DNA of 64,000 nt from Pocillopora damicornis (Eukaryota): the NCBI RefSeq assembly GCF_003704095.1, contig NW_020844765.1:1-64000 (forward strand). Direction: 5' to 3'. The notes beneath the pieces are model-generated. The model was not told the origin of the DNA. It did not search any database and saw nothing but the letters and a program-made list of their open reading frames with translations. Position 1 is the first letter of the stretch, and each line of letters starts with the position of its first letter. Both the position numbers and the translations under genes were made by a program. Of this stretch, positions 12,418 to 25,900 are shown piece after piece.

Positions 12418-15400
12418 TCAAGCATTTTCCTGTGCAGCTTCATTGGCTTGGTCCTGTTTTGTGAAAAATATTGTCTCATCAAACTGTTGTACATCATCTG
12501 CAAACATATCCTCAGGGAGGGGATCCTGGGGATCTGGGAAATAAGTAGGGAAGGGAGGAGGGTGTTCGTGTGGCTTGTAAGAATCCTGAATTGTAATGAA
12601 GCTTCCCTTTTTGCCTGGACAATTTCCCAGGAGGTAAAGGATATTGTACTTGGTGTTGATACGAAGAATCTNNNNNNNNNNNNNNNNNNNNNNNNNNNNN
12701 NNNNNNNNNNNNNNNNNNNNNNNNNNNNNNNNNNNNNNNNNNNNNNNNNNNNNNNNNNNNNNNNNNNNNNNAACTGTGATCCATTAATCTTTGATATTTA
12801 TTGAACTTTGCGTTATAATGTCATAAGCAGTTATTTTTATTTTTCTAATTTGGTGATATGCTTTGCACATGTGATAAGCATTCTACGCTNNNNNNNNNNN
12901 NNNNNNNNNNNNNNNNNNNNNNNNNNNNNNNNNNNNNNNNNNNNNNNNNNNNNNNNNNNNNNNNNNNNNNNNNNNNNNNNNNNNNNNNNNNNNNNNNNNN
13001 NNNNNNNNNNNNNNNNNNNNNNNNNNNNNNNNNNNNNNNNNNNNNNNNNNNNNNNNNNNNNNNNNNNNNNNNNNNNNNNNNNNNNNNNNNNNNNNNNNNN
13101 NNNNNNNNNNNNNNNNNNNNNNNNNNNNNNNNNNNNNNNNNNNNNNNNNNNNNNNNNNNNNNNNNNNNNNNNNNNNNNNNNNNNNNNNNNNNNNNNNNNN
13201 NNNNNNNNNNNNNNNNNNNNNNNNNNNNNNNNNNNNNNNNNNNNNNNNNNNNNNNNNNNNNNNNNNNNNNNNNNNNNNNNNNNNNNNNNNNNNNNNNNNN
13301 NNNNNNNNNNNNNNNNNNNNNNNNNNNNNNNNNNNNNNNNNNNNNNNNNNNNNNNNNNNNNNNNNNNNNNNNNNNNNNNNNNNNNNNNNNNNNNNNNNNN
13401 NNNNNNNNNNNNNNNNNNNNNNNNNNNNNNNNNNNNNNNNNNNNNNNNNNNNNNNNNNNNNNNNNNNNNNNNNNNNNNNNNNNNNNNNNNNNNNNNNNNN
13501 NNNNNNNNNNNNNNNNNNNNNNNNNNNNNNNNNNNNNNNNNNNNNNNNNNNNNNNNNNNNNNNNNNNNNNNNTCTTCATCCTGGTATGAAAAAGGAAAAT
13601 AGATCTTTAAAGTTGATCACTAATTTGTCTGGTTTCAATGCTGTTTTTGAGATAATAAAATACTGATAAAGCAAGGAAAAGTCACCTTCTGGAAGTGAAA
13701 ATTACCCTCTGCAAGCAAATGAGGCTATTTCATAATTGATATTTGGTTTGAGTTGTTTTGTTTATATTTTGTTTTAATTTTAACNNNNNNNNNNNNNNNN
13801 NNNNNNNNNNNNNNNNNNNNNNNNNNNNNNNNNNNNNNNNNNNNNNNNNNNNNNNNNNNNNNNNNNNNNNNNNNNNNNNNNNNNGTTGAGTGGTTATTGC
13901 TACCAACAAATGGTCACAAACATATCTTGAAAAGAAAAAAGGCTTCAATGCCATCAGGGCATAACCTGACTGGAAACAACTAAATGTCAAGCTCTTCTAT
14001 AATAGAGGAAACAGAAAAAGCAGGAGCAAGTTTCCTTCCCCAACACAGGCCATATTTGCTTGCTTCATTCTTTAATCATCTTTACTGACAGCTGGCCCAG
14101 CTGTGATAGACTTGCCATGTTTTTATCCCAAAACTATCTGTATATTCAGTGACCTAGATTACAGGATTTGTCTGTATTTCATACCTGCCCGCCTCCTGTT
14201 GCTCCCATTTTCCTGTGTGTTTTTGAATGGCCATGAGAAGCTGGTTGGCCTTTCATCTTCCACCTTTTCATCACACCTTGAAATCCCCAGTCAATTCTTT
14301 GTTCACGAGAAAAAAAGAATGCATTACGTTACCAGAAACTGAAATCCAAGTAGTATTTGAAAGAGGATCACTAAGCAGCAGTTGCTAGCAAATTTCCTAA
14401 GCAGGGAAAGAGCACATAGACCACCAGAAAAATTTAAAGACCAATAAATAAATGCTGAAAGTTACATCTCTGGCTAACTCTTTAAAAAGTAAGTTATAGA
14501 TGTTTTAATGGGTTCAAAATGAAGATGGAAGAAAGTAACCTACGTGACTCCTTGAATTTTAACATGCTGACCAGGATAGAAGTGAGCTGCATAAAGGGGT
14601 GTTCCTGTTAAAATTAAAACAAAGTATAAACACAGCAACTCAAACCAAATATCAATTATGGAATGGCCTCATTTGCTTGCAGAGGGTAATTTTCACCTCC
14701 AGAAGGTGACTTTTCCGTGCTGTATCAGTATTCTATTATCTCAAATGCAGCATTGAAACCAGATAAATTAGTGATCAACTTTAAAGATCTATTTTCCTTT
14801 TTCATACCAGGATGAAGAAGACCATTTTCTGTAACAGGAAAACTTGCCACCTTTTTCTTTGGATTGATGCCATATTTCTTGAAGTGTCCATATTGAGATT
14901 TTCTGACCTATATGGCAAAAAAGGGGAAGATTAATTTGATAATACTGTAAAGAGGGAGGTATGATGACCTAGACAGGGTCAGGGCAAAATTTTTCAGCAG
15001 TGAATGCCAGATGTTTAATTAATTACAATGAATCAAGAACACTAATTTTTGCAAGTGCTTGAGACAAAGTTACAGTTCAAGTTGCAGTTGCCTTGGTGAG
15101 AGGCCTTACAATCTAGTGAAAATTGGAAGCTGGAATGGTAAGTACCATCACAGACTCAAAATGACTGCAGTTAGAAATATGAGAATATTTCCATTGTCTC
15201 CCAGTTCTGACTATGTTAATGCAACACCTATGATTTGGTGAATAAGCCAGAAAAGCAGTTCTTAAGGTTCTTGAAATCTTACAAGTCCAGCAATTCTGTT
15301 TTCACTAAATTTTAGGCCAAAGAGTCATCAAAAGTATTAGCATTCCACTTTCAATTCTGTTACTTTGATTTTTACTTGATTGTATCATTCTGGGCCCAGT

Positions 15401-16568
15401 TGTATAAAGGGCAGATAATACTATCCAACAGATAAATAGCTCTCCAGCAGATAAGTGATAAAAAAATGTATAGTGTTATCCACTGGATAGAGATTTATCT
15501 AGAGGATAGAGTTAACCAACGTTCAAACAACTAGGGCCTGCACTCCTGACTACCACCCAAACTTGACCTCCAACATAACCAAAAACCAGCCTTAAACAAA
15601 ATTTGTCTATATTTAAGAACATTTTATCTAAATTTGCTGAATCACTAATCACTCAACTCTTACAAGTGATTAAAAAGAAAAAAAAAAGAGGAAAGAAAAA
15701 TGTATCAGCTAGAGTAATAATTTAACACCAGATTTCTGAACTTAATTATGAGGAAATCTATGGCACCTTGAGGGAAGAATTAGGAACCAGCACATGGAGG
15801 TTTATTTTACTCACATTATACAACTGAGTTTCTTCCACTGCTCCAACCTGAAGCTCTGTTGAATCATCTCTGCCACCAAGTTCTCTGCTGATTCTTGTTG
15901 CAACAACTTGACAATCCTTAATCTAAGAATTAATTTTTATAACAGTTAACCTGTAACTGTTATAATGATGACCTCGGCATTGATAATTCATGATATCATG
16001 CTCCACTTTATGCAATAATTGCTCATTATCATCATTATTAATATTATTATTAATCAGTAAATCATAAAAGTCAGAGGGGTGAAAAAAAGTAATTTGAACT
16101 CCAATCTTAAGCCGTTATTACCTCAACCAGGGTGACAGGCTTCCTTGTTCCATCCTTGAGCCACAAACAACTCATTCCCTGCTTGACTCCTACCAACCCA
16201 ACCCGTTTAGATTCAGGAGTCCATTGAGCGTCCACAGGATTTATACACACTGGAACTCTGGATCGGATTTTTCGTGATTTTTCAATTTCTTGTTCGACAT
16301 AATCTTGAGAAATAGGCTTTTTCCTGGGACCTTGCAGTAAAGTAGGTTCCACCTCGTAAACTTCTAGTAGATTCCTAGGTGAATCTCCCTTTGTATCAAC
16401 TTCTTCTGGCTGTGCTTCTGCGCTATAAAATCGTCTCTGTGTCGAAAGTGTTACTCTGAAGGTATTTCTGTTGAAAGCTGAGGTACTTATCTTACGTAAA
16501 GCTGAATGAGTGTTGGACAAAACCCGTAGAGTCCATCCCAGGCGAAGCGGACCACGAGAGGTCGCCAT
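12418..16568 (-). CDS. MRPL3: Mitochondrial ribosomal protein L3 (uL3m). Exons 16568-16122, 15922-15815, 14909-14808, 14604-14544, 14296-14185, one or more in the gaps, 12669-12418
   Basis: Arg/Ser-rich presequence; [17 protein letters not shown]; [19 protein letters not shown]; [29 protein letters not shown]; [20 protein letters not shown]. Confidence 0.92.
15391..15540. mobile_element. MITE with GGCCCAGTTGT...ACAACTAGGGCC termini; relative at ~4188-4434
   Basis: Imperfect terminal inverted repeats shared by both sites. Confidence 0.55.
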
Positions 16569-16971
16569 GTTGGATCTCCTTTCCAGCCTCTTTCATTCGG
16601 ANNNNNNNNNNNNNNNNNNNNNNNNNNNNNNNNNNNNNNNNNNNNNNNNNNNNNNNNNNNNNNNNNNNNNNNNNNNNNNNNNNNNNNNNNNNNNNNNNNN
16701 NNNNGACTAAAATCTCATCGTAAGTTGTCCTTTAGACTGCGATGTCCATTTTGAAAAATAAATAATTTTATGAATGGTAATTTAAGGTAAATTAATAAGT
16801 TAATATTGGCGCGAAGTGCGGTTACTAAGCGACCGCAGAGTTTCTAAATAGATACAAAAGTCGCTTGATCAACGTTCCGTGACTGTGTGGTGCTATAGTT
16901 ACTGATTTGAAAAGGTAATTCTGCTACTAGTTGTACACAGAGCTTTGAAACCAAGATGTCCGCTGTCTTAG

Positions 16972-19900
16972 ATGAGTTTTTTGTTCGATATGGAAAGCTC
17001 CACTGGGCAATCACGAACAGGACAGTCGAATGTAACGGGTATCATTGATTCTGGAATTTCTGTAAACTTGCTTCTGCTCGGCGAAAATTTGGTGGAAAAG
17101 GCTTTTGAAGAAGCCTTAGAAGTGGTTCGTGAATACAACTATAGCGAGGTAAGTTTCAATGGTGCAGGTAACTTTGTTTGTATTTTGTGGTCACTGAAGT
17201 TCATAAGAATTGAAAAGTGAAGTGAAGTCGTAAAGTTGTCATATCAACAGAAGCGACCATTGGAATCCAAGTGTTTAGTAAACAGAGTATGTTTGCCAAA
17301 GGGAATATATATACTTTAAGTTTTAAAAGTTCAAATGGCTAGTTAGGAAACCAGACAAACTACGGATACTGTAAATGAAAAAGTGATCATTAACTTTTTT
17401 CAGCCCCTATGAATTAACGGCTTAAACTGAGTATTAGGACAAAAAATTGAGAGGGAACATCAGATGTGTAATCTAATCTTCGCCTCATTTGTGTTTGTGA
17501 TATTCTGCATATTAGCTAATTAAGCCTGTACCAAGCACATCAAAAGCTTTATTTTACCACTTTTTTGTGTTACATTACTACAAATCATTATTCAAATGCT
17601 GTTGTTATTTGTGACTTTAGTTTTGTATTAAATTTAGCCAATTTCAGGCAAATTATTTAATTTGAGTTGTAATAAGGTCTATGTGAACAATTGATATTGT
17701 TACGGCCATGTTGAATCACAGTAAAGTGGGTTTATATGCGTGAAAGAGTGGAGGGTGGGGGAGGGGGGGTGGGTGGGAAATTTTCAGCTGTAGTTGTAGT
17801 TGTTAGAAATCTAAGCCCTGGAGCATAGGATAAATTAGAGATCCAGGACCTAAACACTTTTTCTTTTTTTCTGTGAGGAAAAATATGCCCTTAGAATTGA
17901 TTCCAAACTGTGGAGTTTGCTTCTGTCTTGAAGGGAGGTACCACATTGTTAGAGTCTCTCCTAGATGTTAAGATCCTTCAATCTGTGAAAATGATCCAGA
18001 ATTTGATTTAATAAGGTTTGCTCCACCTTGCTCTGTGATTGGTCAAGAAAACTTGCACCACCTTCTCAACCAGTCAGATGCAAAACTAAAACCAATCATG
18101 GCTTGGACACTTTCTTTTCCTTTTTTTTTACCTTGAGTTCTCTGTCTGAATTCCTTTGATATTTGCTTTAATGATTACATGTACTATATACTTTGGTTTT
18201 TGTTTTTCCACACTCAGTCAATAAGTGCTTTCATCTCTAAAGTACTGATTAAGATGTTTATGAATGGGTATGACTCAGTTGACAATCCTTTTTCATCAGA
18301 TGTCTTATTTGCTTTCAGGTTTTATCAAATACCAGTAAACAACTCAGAGACAGTGAAGTAAATAAATCAATTAATGAGCCAGGATTGAATATGGACAACT
18401 TTAACGTTGCACAGACAGAAGAACAGAGAAAGGAAGCTACTGATGATGAGTTTGATGTAGTTGATGCTGCACAAATTTCAAACTTTCCTGCAAGCAACAT
18501 AAAGATAAGTGAGAGCCCTTTGACAGGAATGCAGGATCAGTCTAAGGATAAAAATATTAAGGGATCAGACTCCATCATTCCTCAAATAGAGGTTGACACT
18601 GTAACTACACTTAGTGGTTCAAGTGCTGAAGAGGGCAATGGCAAGGAAGAGAAAAAGTGGAAGAAATTAAGAAAGAAAAAACAAACAGGATCAGGAGGAT
18701 CAGAGCAAGATGATGATGACAAAGATGAGCTGAAAGATCAAATTGATAAACTGAAAAAAGAAAATGAGAACATGAAAAAGGACATTGAAAGTTTGTCACA
18801 GGAAAAATTGTCTTTAGGGGAGAGACTGGGGGAGGAAAGTAGCAAGAGGGAAAATGAAAATGAGGAGCTGAAAAATGAGCTAGATAAATTAAGGAGAGAG
18901 AATGAAAGAATGAAATGGGAAAAAGAAAGTTTGTCAAAGGAAAAATCATCATTGGAGGACAAACTTGGAGAGGAAGATAGCAAGAGAGCGGATGAAAAAG
19001 ATGAGATGAAGGTTGAATTTGATAAACTAACGAGAGAACATGAAAACATGTCACAGCAAATTGAAAGTTTGTCAAAGGAAAAATCATCTTTGGAGGCAGA
19101 ACTCAATGAGGAAAGGAGGAAGGAAGAGGATAAAGACAAAGTTATCAAGGAACTTGAAATTAAATTAGACAGCTTAAAAAAAGAGAATGAAAACCTGACA
19201 GAGAAAAACTTGTCCTTGGAGAAAGGCATAGAGGAGAAAAAGGATAAAGTAAAGGTAAATTTAATTAAAGCTGATCTAGAGGTCTGTTGATTATCTAAAA
19301 TATACACAGCCCAATTAAAGTAGACTTTGTCACAATAACAGGTCTACTATATTATTTTAAACAATCAACAAAATAAACTCTGTCACAAGAAAATACCTCA
19401 ACCAGCCCAGGTCTCAGTCTCTTTTTTGATAAGTGGCTGCTGATGGTGTGATATAGGCTGCTGCATTGTAAAGCAAAACTTGAACATGATAGCCCACTGA
19501 CAAACACTGAACAGCTGGTAGTAAGAGGTCTTGCTTTTACTAAAACTTCTTTAAAACCCTCGAATGTTAAACTTTTTGAGGCAGTAGCAGGAAATAACAG
19601 ATACAGATGAATTAGGAATTGGAGCTTTCACTTTAAAATAGTTAAATTGAACCACAAATTTGATTTTAAAAAACATTTGCATTTAAATTATTCTTATTTT
19701 ATTCTTTAAGGCACTTACAGATCAACTAGAACAAGAAAAAGAAGTCCATGAACAAGCTATTACAAACCAGACACCTGAAAAAGATCAGCTTGTTACTCAA
19801 CTAAAAGAAGAAATTTCCAAACTTCAAGTCCGAATTACAGAACTAGAAAATGGCCTAGAAAATGCTCAAAAAGAAAAGGAAGAAACAATTTCTTCATCAA

Positions 19901-22900
19901 AAGAGAAAGTTAAACAACTTGAAGCTGAGAACAGAAGTAAGGAACAACAGCTAGAGGATGCCAAGGAGGATGTGAACAGGTCAATGACTTCTTTGCGTGA
20001 TCAAGAAGAGATGGCTAGTGGCCTGAAAGAAGAGAATGAATTGCTTAAGAGTCAAGTTTCCATACTTCAGAAGGAACTGAACAATGTTAAAACTCACAGT
20101 AGTCATCTAGAGAATGCTGTTCAGAAGCTCATGGACGAGAAGAGTAAACTGGAAGAGGAGCAGAGATCATTAGCTAAGCAGAAAATTACAAAAGAATCTC
20201 AGAATAAACTGAAGGAAAGGATCCAAGAGCTGGAGGATAAGGTGACCAAACTCAATGTTGATAGAGGAAAGGTCAAAGCAGATTATAATGAGGCTGTGAA
20301 AGCTTTGGAAGCTGTAGACAAAGTGGTAAGTTGTAAAAGTTTTAGAACCTTATTGTAAGTATTAACTCTTTACACCCTAACATCAGTTAATATTTACAAG
20401 TTTTCTATACTGCTGTCTAAGTATACAACTATGAAGAGGTTGTAATAGCTTTGGAAGTTGTAAACAAAGTGGTAAGTTGCAAAAGTTGTAGAACCTTATT
20501 GTAAGTATTAACTCTTTACACCCTAACATTAGTATATATTTGCAAGTTGTCTATACTGCTGTCTAAGTACATGGCTATGAAGAGGTTGACTAAAAGCTGT
20601 AGACAAAGTGGTAGGGTACAAAAAATATTGTAGAATTCTGAACCATCCTATAAGGAACCAACTCTAATTACACCTAACACCAGTATGCTAGTACTCTATA
20701 CTGCTGTCTATACATTTTCTTTGGTATTTACAAAGAGAATTTGGCTAACAAACAAGAGGCTCTTACAACCTTAATTTTTGATTCAGGGGCCTTAAAATGG
20801 TAGGTGCATATTTGTGGTGGGCGCTATTTTGAGGTTGGGGGCTAAATCGAGTAACTATTGTCACTTAGAGTAATTCAAGTGTTGTGTGAATCAATCTGTC
20901 AAGAATAAATGTGTTGTGCATTTAATTTGTAATAGTACTTTTATATTTTTGCCACAGTATCGTGTCAGAGAGGATACTCTAGAAAAATACAAAGCTGACT
21001 ATGAAGATGCCATGGACTTGATTAAAAAAAGTAAGCTCATACTGCAGTAGTAAATAAATATTATTTAGTACAAATATTTTATCAAATATGATATTTTTGA
21101 CCAGAGAATGGTATTCAATTAATTTTTAATATGAAGTAATCTACATACAATCATGCTTGCTGTAACCCACTTATAAAAGCACATAATATGTATATGTGAC
21201 TGGTGTGGATAAATTTACAAGTTGATGTGGAAATTTAGTATAATTGTATTATGTGTTCAGAGCTTTCATAATCTAAAAGATCACAAAGTTAATGGTTCAA
21301 TCAATGGTATCCCAATTACAGAGGAAAAAGAGAATGCTAAGCTGGAGAGTGATCTTTCAAAAAATAAAGAGAAGCTTACAAGAGCTCTGGAATACAGAGC
21401 AGATCGAGAAGAACTCAAAGATCAAATTAGGAGAAGTAAACAGGCAATCGAGTCACAGAAAGAGGAAGTAGAGCAGGCCAGGAAAGACTTAGATGAGGAA
21501 AGACACACATTGAGGATGGCACAGTGAGTAGGGCACAAGTCTGCATTGTCTCACAGTTGATCAGGATAATTTCTTTACTTTGTTTCTATGCTTTGGAGCA
21601 CACTGGCTTTTTCTTCCCCCCTCCCCCTCAGGAATTTGAACTTTTGAAGGTTGGTTCATTGAAATTCCTGACCCATGGAGCCAAAATTGTGATCAAATGC
21701 CCCACCCAAGTACTGGTTTCATCCTCATTTTTTTTTGTTTTTGTTAAAGGCAAAATTAGCCCCTGTGACTCTCCTGTATATCCTTTCTTCTGAGCCATCT
21801 GCCCACAATGACAGTTAAATGCTTGTGGGTTGCCCAGGAGGATGTTGAAGCTTCAAATTGAATGGTGTAAATTACATCTACAAACTGAGTGAATTCAAAG
21901 TGAATTTATATTAATAAGAAAAGGTGTTGCATGATCATGCAATTTTTTATTCTTTTTGTTAAATCAGGGCCAGAGCTCAGGAGAAGGGAAGAAAAATTCA
22001 AATTTTAAATCTGGAGCTCACTGAAGTCAAGGACACCTTGCAGGTTTGTTTCTTTGGTATATTCCTATTTAGATGACTGTGTCAATATGAATAAATTTGT
22101 ATCGTGCTTTTTAGATGAGTGATTATTTCCTTAAAATGTTTCCCTTTTTATTTTCCATTCACATTACTCATGGTGTTTGTGTCAATTTTAGATTGCCAGG
22201 AATGTTATCGATGAAAAAGAAAAGAACATGAAAAGTTTAAGGGAAAGTTTGGAAAATGAGAAAGAATTAAGGGTCAAACTGGAAAAGGTAGGTCTGAGGC
22301 TGACAACAAATTTATTTTTAAGTTGTAACAATGATCAGTCAATTTTAGCATTGAAAGAGTATAGCATCAGACTGTAGAGGACCTTTCATTTATTAGAGGG
22401 GAGAAGGCTGGTGCAAAATGGGGGAAGGGTCATTATATTTTATACATTCCCAACCAAAAAAGGGGAGGGTCATGGAATTATTCCATGACTTGAAAAACAT
22501 TTTTCTCTATTTTGTTACCATGCTAAAAATTAACCATCTTTCTTATTCTATTTATCTAAATATTGTTTAATAAAATAGATACTTATATATGTGTATAAGT
22601 ATGTATATACATACATATGTTTCTTATTGGGCTTTCTATAAATCCAGCTGTTGTGTAATTCACATGCAGCTGTATGCAAGTATTGTAAAAAATATGATTA
22701 GGAAATATGTTGATTCTTGTAAGAGACCATAAGTAAAGAAATTCTTTTTTGTGAACATAAGAAACGTAATAAATATCAGTAAATTTACAATTTTTCATTT
22801 TCAACAGGAACTAGACATCAAGTCACATATTGAGAAGAAACTGAAATTTACAGAGGAGGAGAAACATAGAGTTGAATGTCGGCTGAAAAACACTGAACTG

Positions 22901-25900
22901 GAGTTAAAGGAAACTGAGACAAGTCTGGAACAATCAAATAGCAAGAGAAAAGTAAGTTGGAAGTTAAGAGAGCGTATTGAGTACCAAAATTGAAAACAGC
23001 CCTACCCCACTCAACCCCCTCTCTCTCCCCTCCCCCCCCCAAAAAAAAAGGAGGAACAAAGTGTTATGCAGCAGCCTCACAAAGTGCACTGCCAAAAGGC
23101 CGTGATGATCCTGTTCCTTCCATTTCAGCCTATTGCCGGCAGAGGCTACCTTATTAACGGTGTGGCATGGGTATAGTATTCTATACAGTTTACGAACCAG
23201 AGACATTTCATATTTTGTGGGAACAAAAATATTCAGATTCAAATGATAGCAATTTCTGCAAGGAATTTAATTTTTGCGATATTCTGTTTAAGGAGTCGGA
23301 CATTTAAAAGAAAAGAAGCGTAATATTTTTACAATTATAAATTGTCTAATTGTACAGAGTGGGCCTTAACATGGTAGGTGATGTATAGAAAGATATTATG
23401 AGTGAGTCGGTGTGTAAAGACAATGAAGAGACACTTGATTTGCCCGCTGAACTTTTTCTTAATTGGGCTGTAGGTCGTACATTTTTTAAGCGTATAATGT
23501 TTTGTATTTCCTCTTTTTTTCTGAAACTTACTGCGCGGATCGAAGTGTCTCTTAAATTGGGAGCCGCAAGTTGGTTTTTGCTATCCGGTATTTATTTACT
23601 TGGATTTCTCAGCTTCATCTTGCTGTTCAATTCCATCTGTACAAAAACCCTGACAATCTCTTCGTCTGAATCTCTACCTTGCAGGAACTGGACCAGAACA
23701 TAGAGAACTTACAAAATGACAAAAAGCAACTCAACAGTCAACTTGAAGGAAAATCAGCTGAAATATCAACCTTGACTGGACGCATCAAAGAGCAAGAAAA
23801 AAACTTAGGTGAAAAGTTGATGGAAATAGTACGGCTTCAAAGTGTAGTTGATGACCTTAAAGACCAGCTTGAGGACGTGTTGATATCTTATGAGAATGAC
23901 CGTGACTGGTGGAAGCAGAGAGCTGACAAAGTGTTGGGGTATGTGTGAAGGCATTATTTTGTATCGCAAATTATCTAAAATAAATATTAATTCGACCATA
24001 ATCTTTGAGAAAGATTTTCAGAAGCAATCTGCCTACCTTAGCCGTTAGCCTGATTCACTGACCCATTTTCGCTGTGAAGATTACATTTCAATTTGAATAG
24101 CGCAACAGCACCTTCTGTCTCAACAAAAAAAATAGTTATTTGAGTCATGGACGCCTTTTTCGTGGCTCCCAATCATTCCAAGAGAAAAAAAAATTAGAAA
24201 AAAGGGAGGGAGACTGATTAGGAATTGGTTAGCGGCCAAGTTTCGAGGCAATATTCAAAATGGCGGCATCCTTATTCTCAATTTTACCACATTTCAAGAC
24301 AATTTCAGAACGATAAGTATCCATGAGGTAGGAATTTAAAACCCGTATTATAATATCTTATATAATTTTTTAACACGTAGACAATACGTATATGCTTTTG
24401 GGACAGACTAGTTTTGGATCGATGTCAGTGGGTGAGCAACTGCGCACGTACTCCTTCCCTACCCCAACAGCAGTCAACTGATAACAAGTTTGGTTCGATG
24501 TTGTATTAAGATTTACTGAAGTAATGGCTGAATTTGAAAAAAGGGAAAGATCCTCGACCCTTCACTGTGATATGTAAGTGTCTCAGGGGTGATTTTACAA
24601 AAACACCTTTCCTTGCAGGAAGAGACCTAAAAGCGCCCCACCCAAGAGGAGGCCAGGCAGTGAATTTCAAAGTGGTGGATCAAGTTTAGTACGTAGACGC
24701 CTTGCGCACAAAATGGGTCCACCGTGTTTGAACCAAAGTTACATTAATAGCTCGCATAAGGTAGACATACATCAATGTTACTCAGACTTATCTCAGTTTG
24801 GTCAGCCATAGCTTGTAAATTGTACTCAAACGCTTTCAGATTGAGGGTCTTGAAAATCAACTCAAAATAATCAAAACAGCCAATCGGAGCAAATTTAATA
24901 ATTTCACAAGGATTCCGTAAGAGCTCAAAAAAAATATTTGTTGCCCATGGCACGGTGTAACGCAAGTGGCCAATTAGCGATTGGGGTTAGTTTTGCATTT
25001 GTTTGTAGTAGAAGGTATCGTTTTAGATTGTAACTTTTCTAAACTAAACAGAGAGTGAAATAAAGCAAAACCAAAGCGATCGCACATTTCTTTCCACGCT
25101 TATTTGAAAATCGGGTATATTTAGTCGGTCTGCTTGATTTTATTTTGGTTTCCCTGTGATCTTTCCTTGTGATCTTTTCCTGTCATTTTATTTCCGACGT
25201 GGTTAGTTTGAATTTGGTTTTGCTACAATTAATAACCCTTTCACTCCCAAGATCTCATTAGTAATTCTCCTTACTGTCTGCCATACAGTTCTTATAATGT
25301 TAGTTCTGAGAATTTGATATTGAATCAACTGATAATCCTCTAACTGATATTTTTCTGTATTCTCATCACTTGCCTGTTTGATATTGTATTGATTTACTAA
25401 GAAGAAATTCTGTCTTGGTCGCTTATGGGAGTTAAAGGGTTTAGGAACGCTCCATCACAAACTTCGAGTTAAATAGTTAATTTTGTGACGATAGATTGGA
25501 CGGATGAGACCTGTACCCGCAGGAGAAGAACAAACACCTCAAGTCACAAACGGTGATCTTGCTGATGGGGGGCCAGGACATCATTCAGCACCGGAGACCA
25601 CCCCTAGACCTCCAAGTGCTTCTCCTTCAGACAGGCCGAGAACGAAACGTCCCATGTCGTCATATGGTGTAAGGTCACACACACCTCTCCTGACTTGGTC
25701 ACGTGATACAGCGGGATACCACAGCGACCTGGGTGGTATTTCGGAGGGAATCGGTCTTAATGGTTACGATGCTGATGATGAAGTTTTCTCTTCGGGTAGT
25801 GTCCATAAAGGAGACAAAGTTATGATACAAAGTAGAGTAACTGGTAAGTAGTGTAAGAGTTATCATCACTATTTTCTGTCCCATGCCTCGTGCGGTTTCG

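Noticed and set aside
13573-13784. Inverted, diverged copy of MRPL3 intron region 14607-14818
   Set aside because: It is a tiny gap-bounded contig ending almost at the exon edges, typical of a separately assembled divergent allele placed in reverse. Not evidence of a real duplication without long reads.
12672-13990. Long ORFs in the track
   Set aside because: They are artefacts of N runs.
18611-19307. Ser/Phe/Leu-rich - strand ORFs
   Set aside because: Antisense of the E/K-rich coiled-coil exon.
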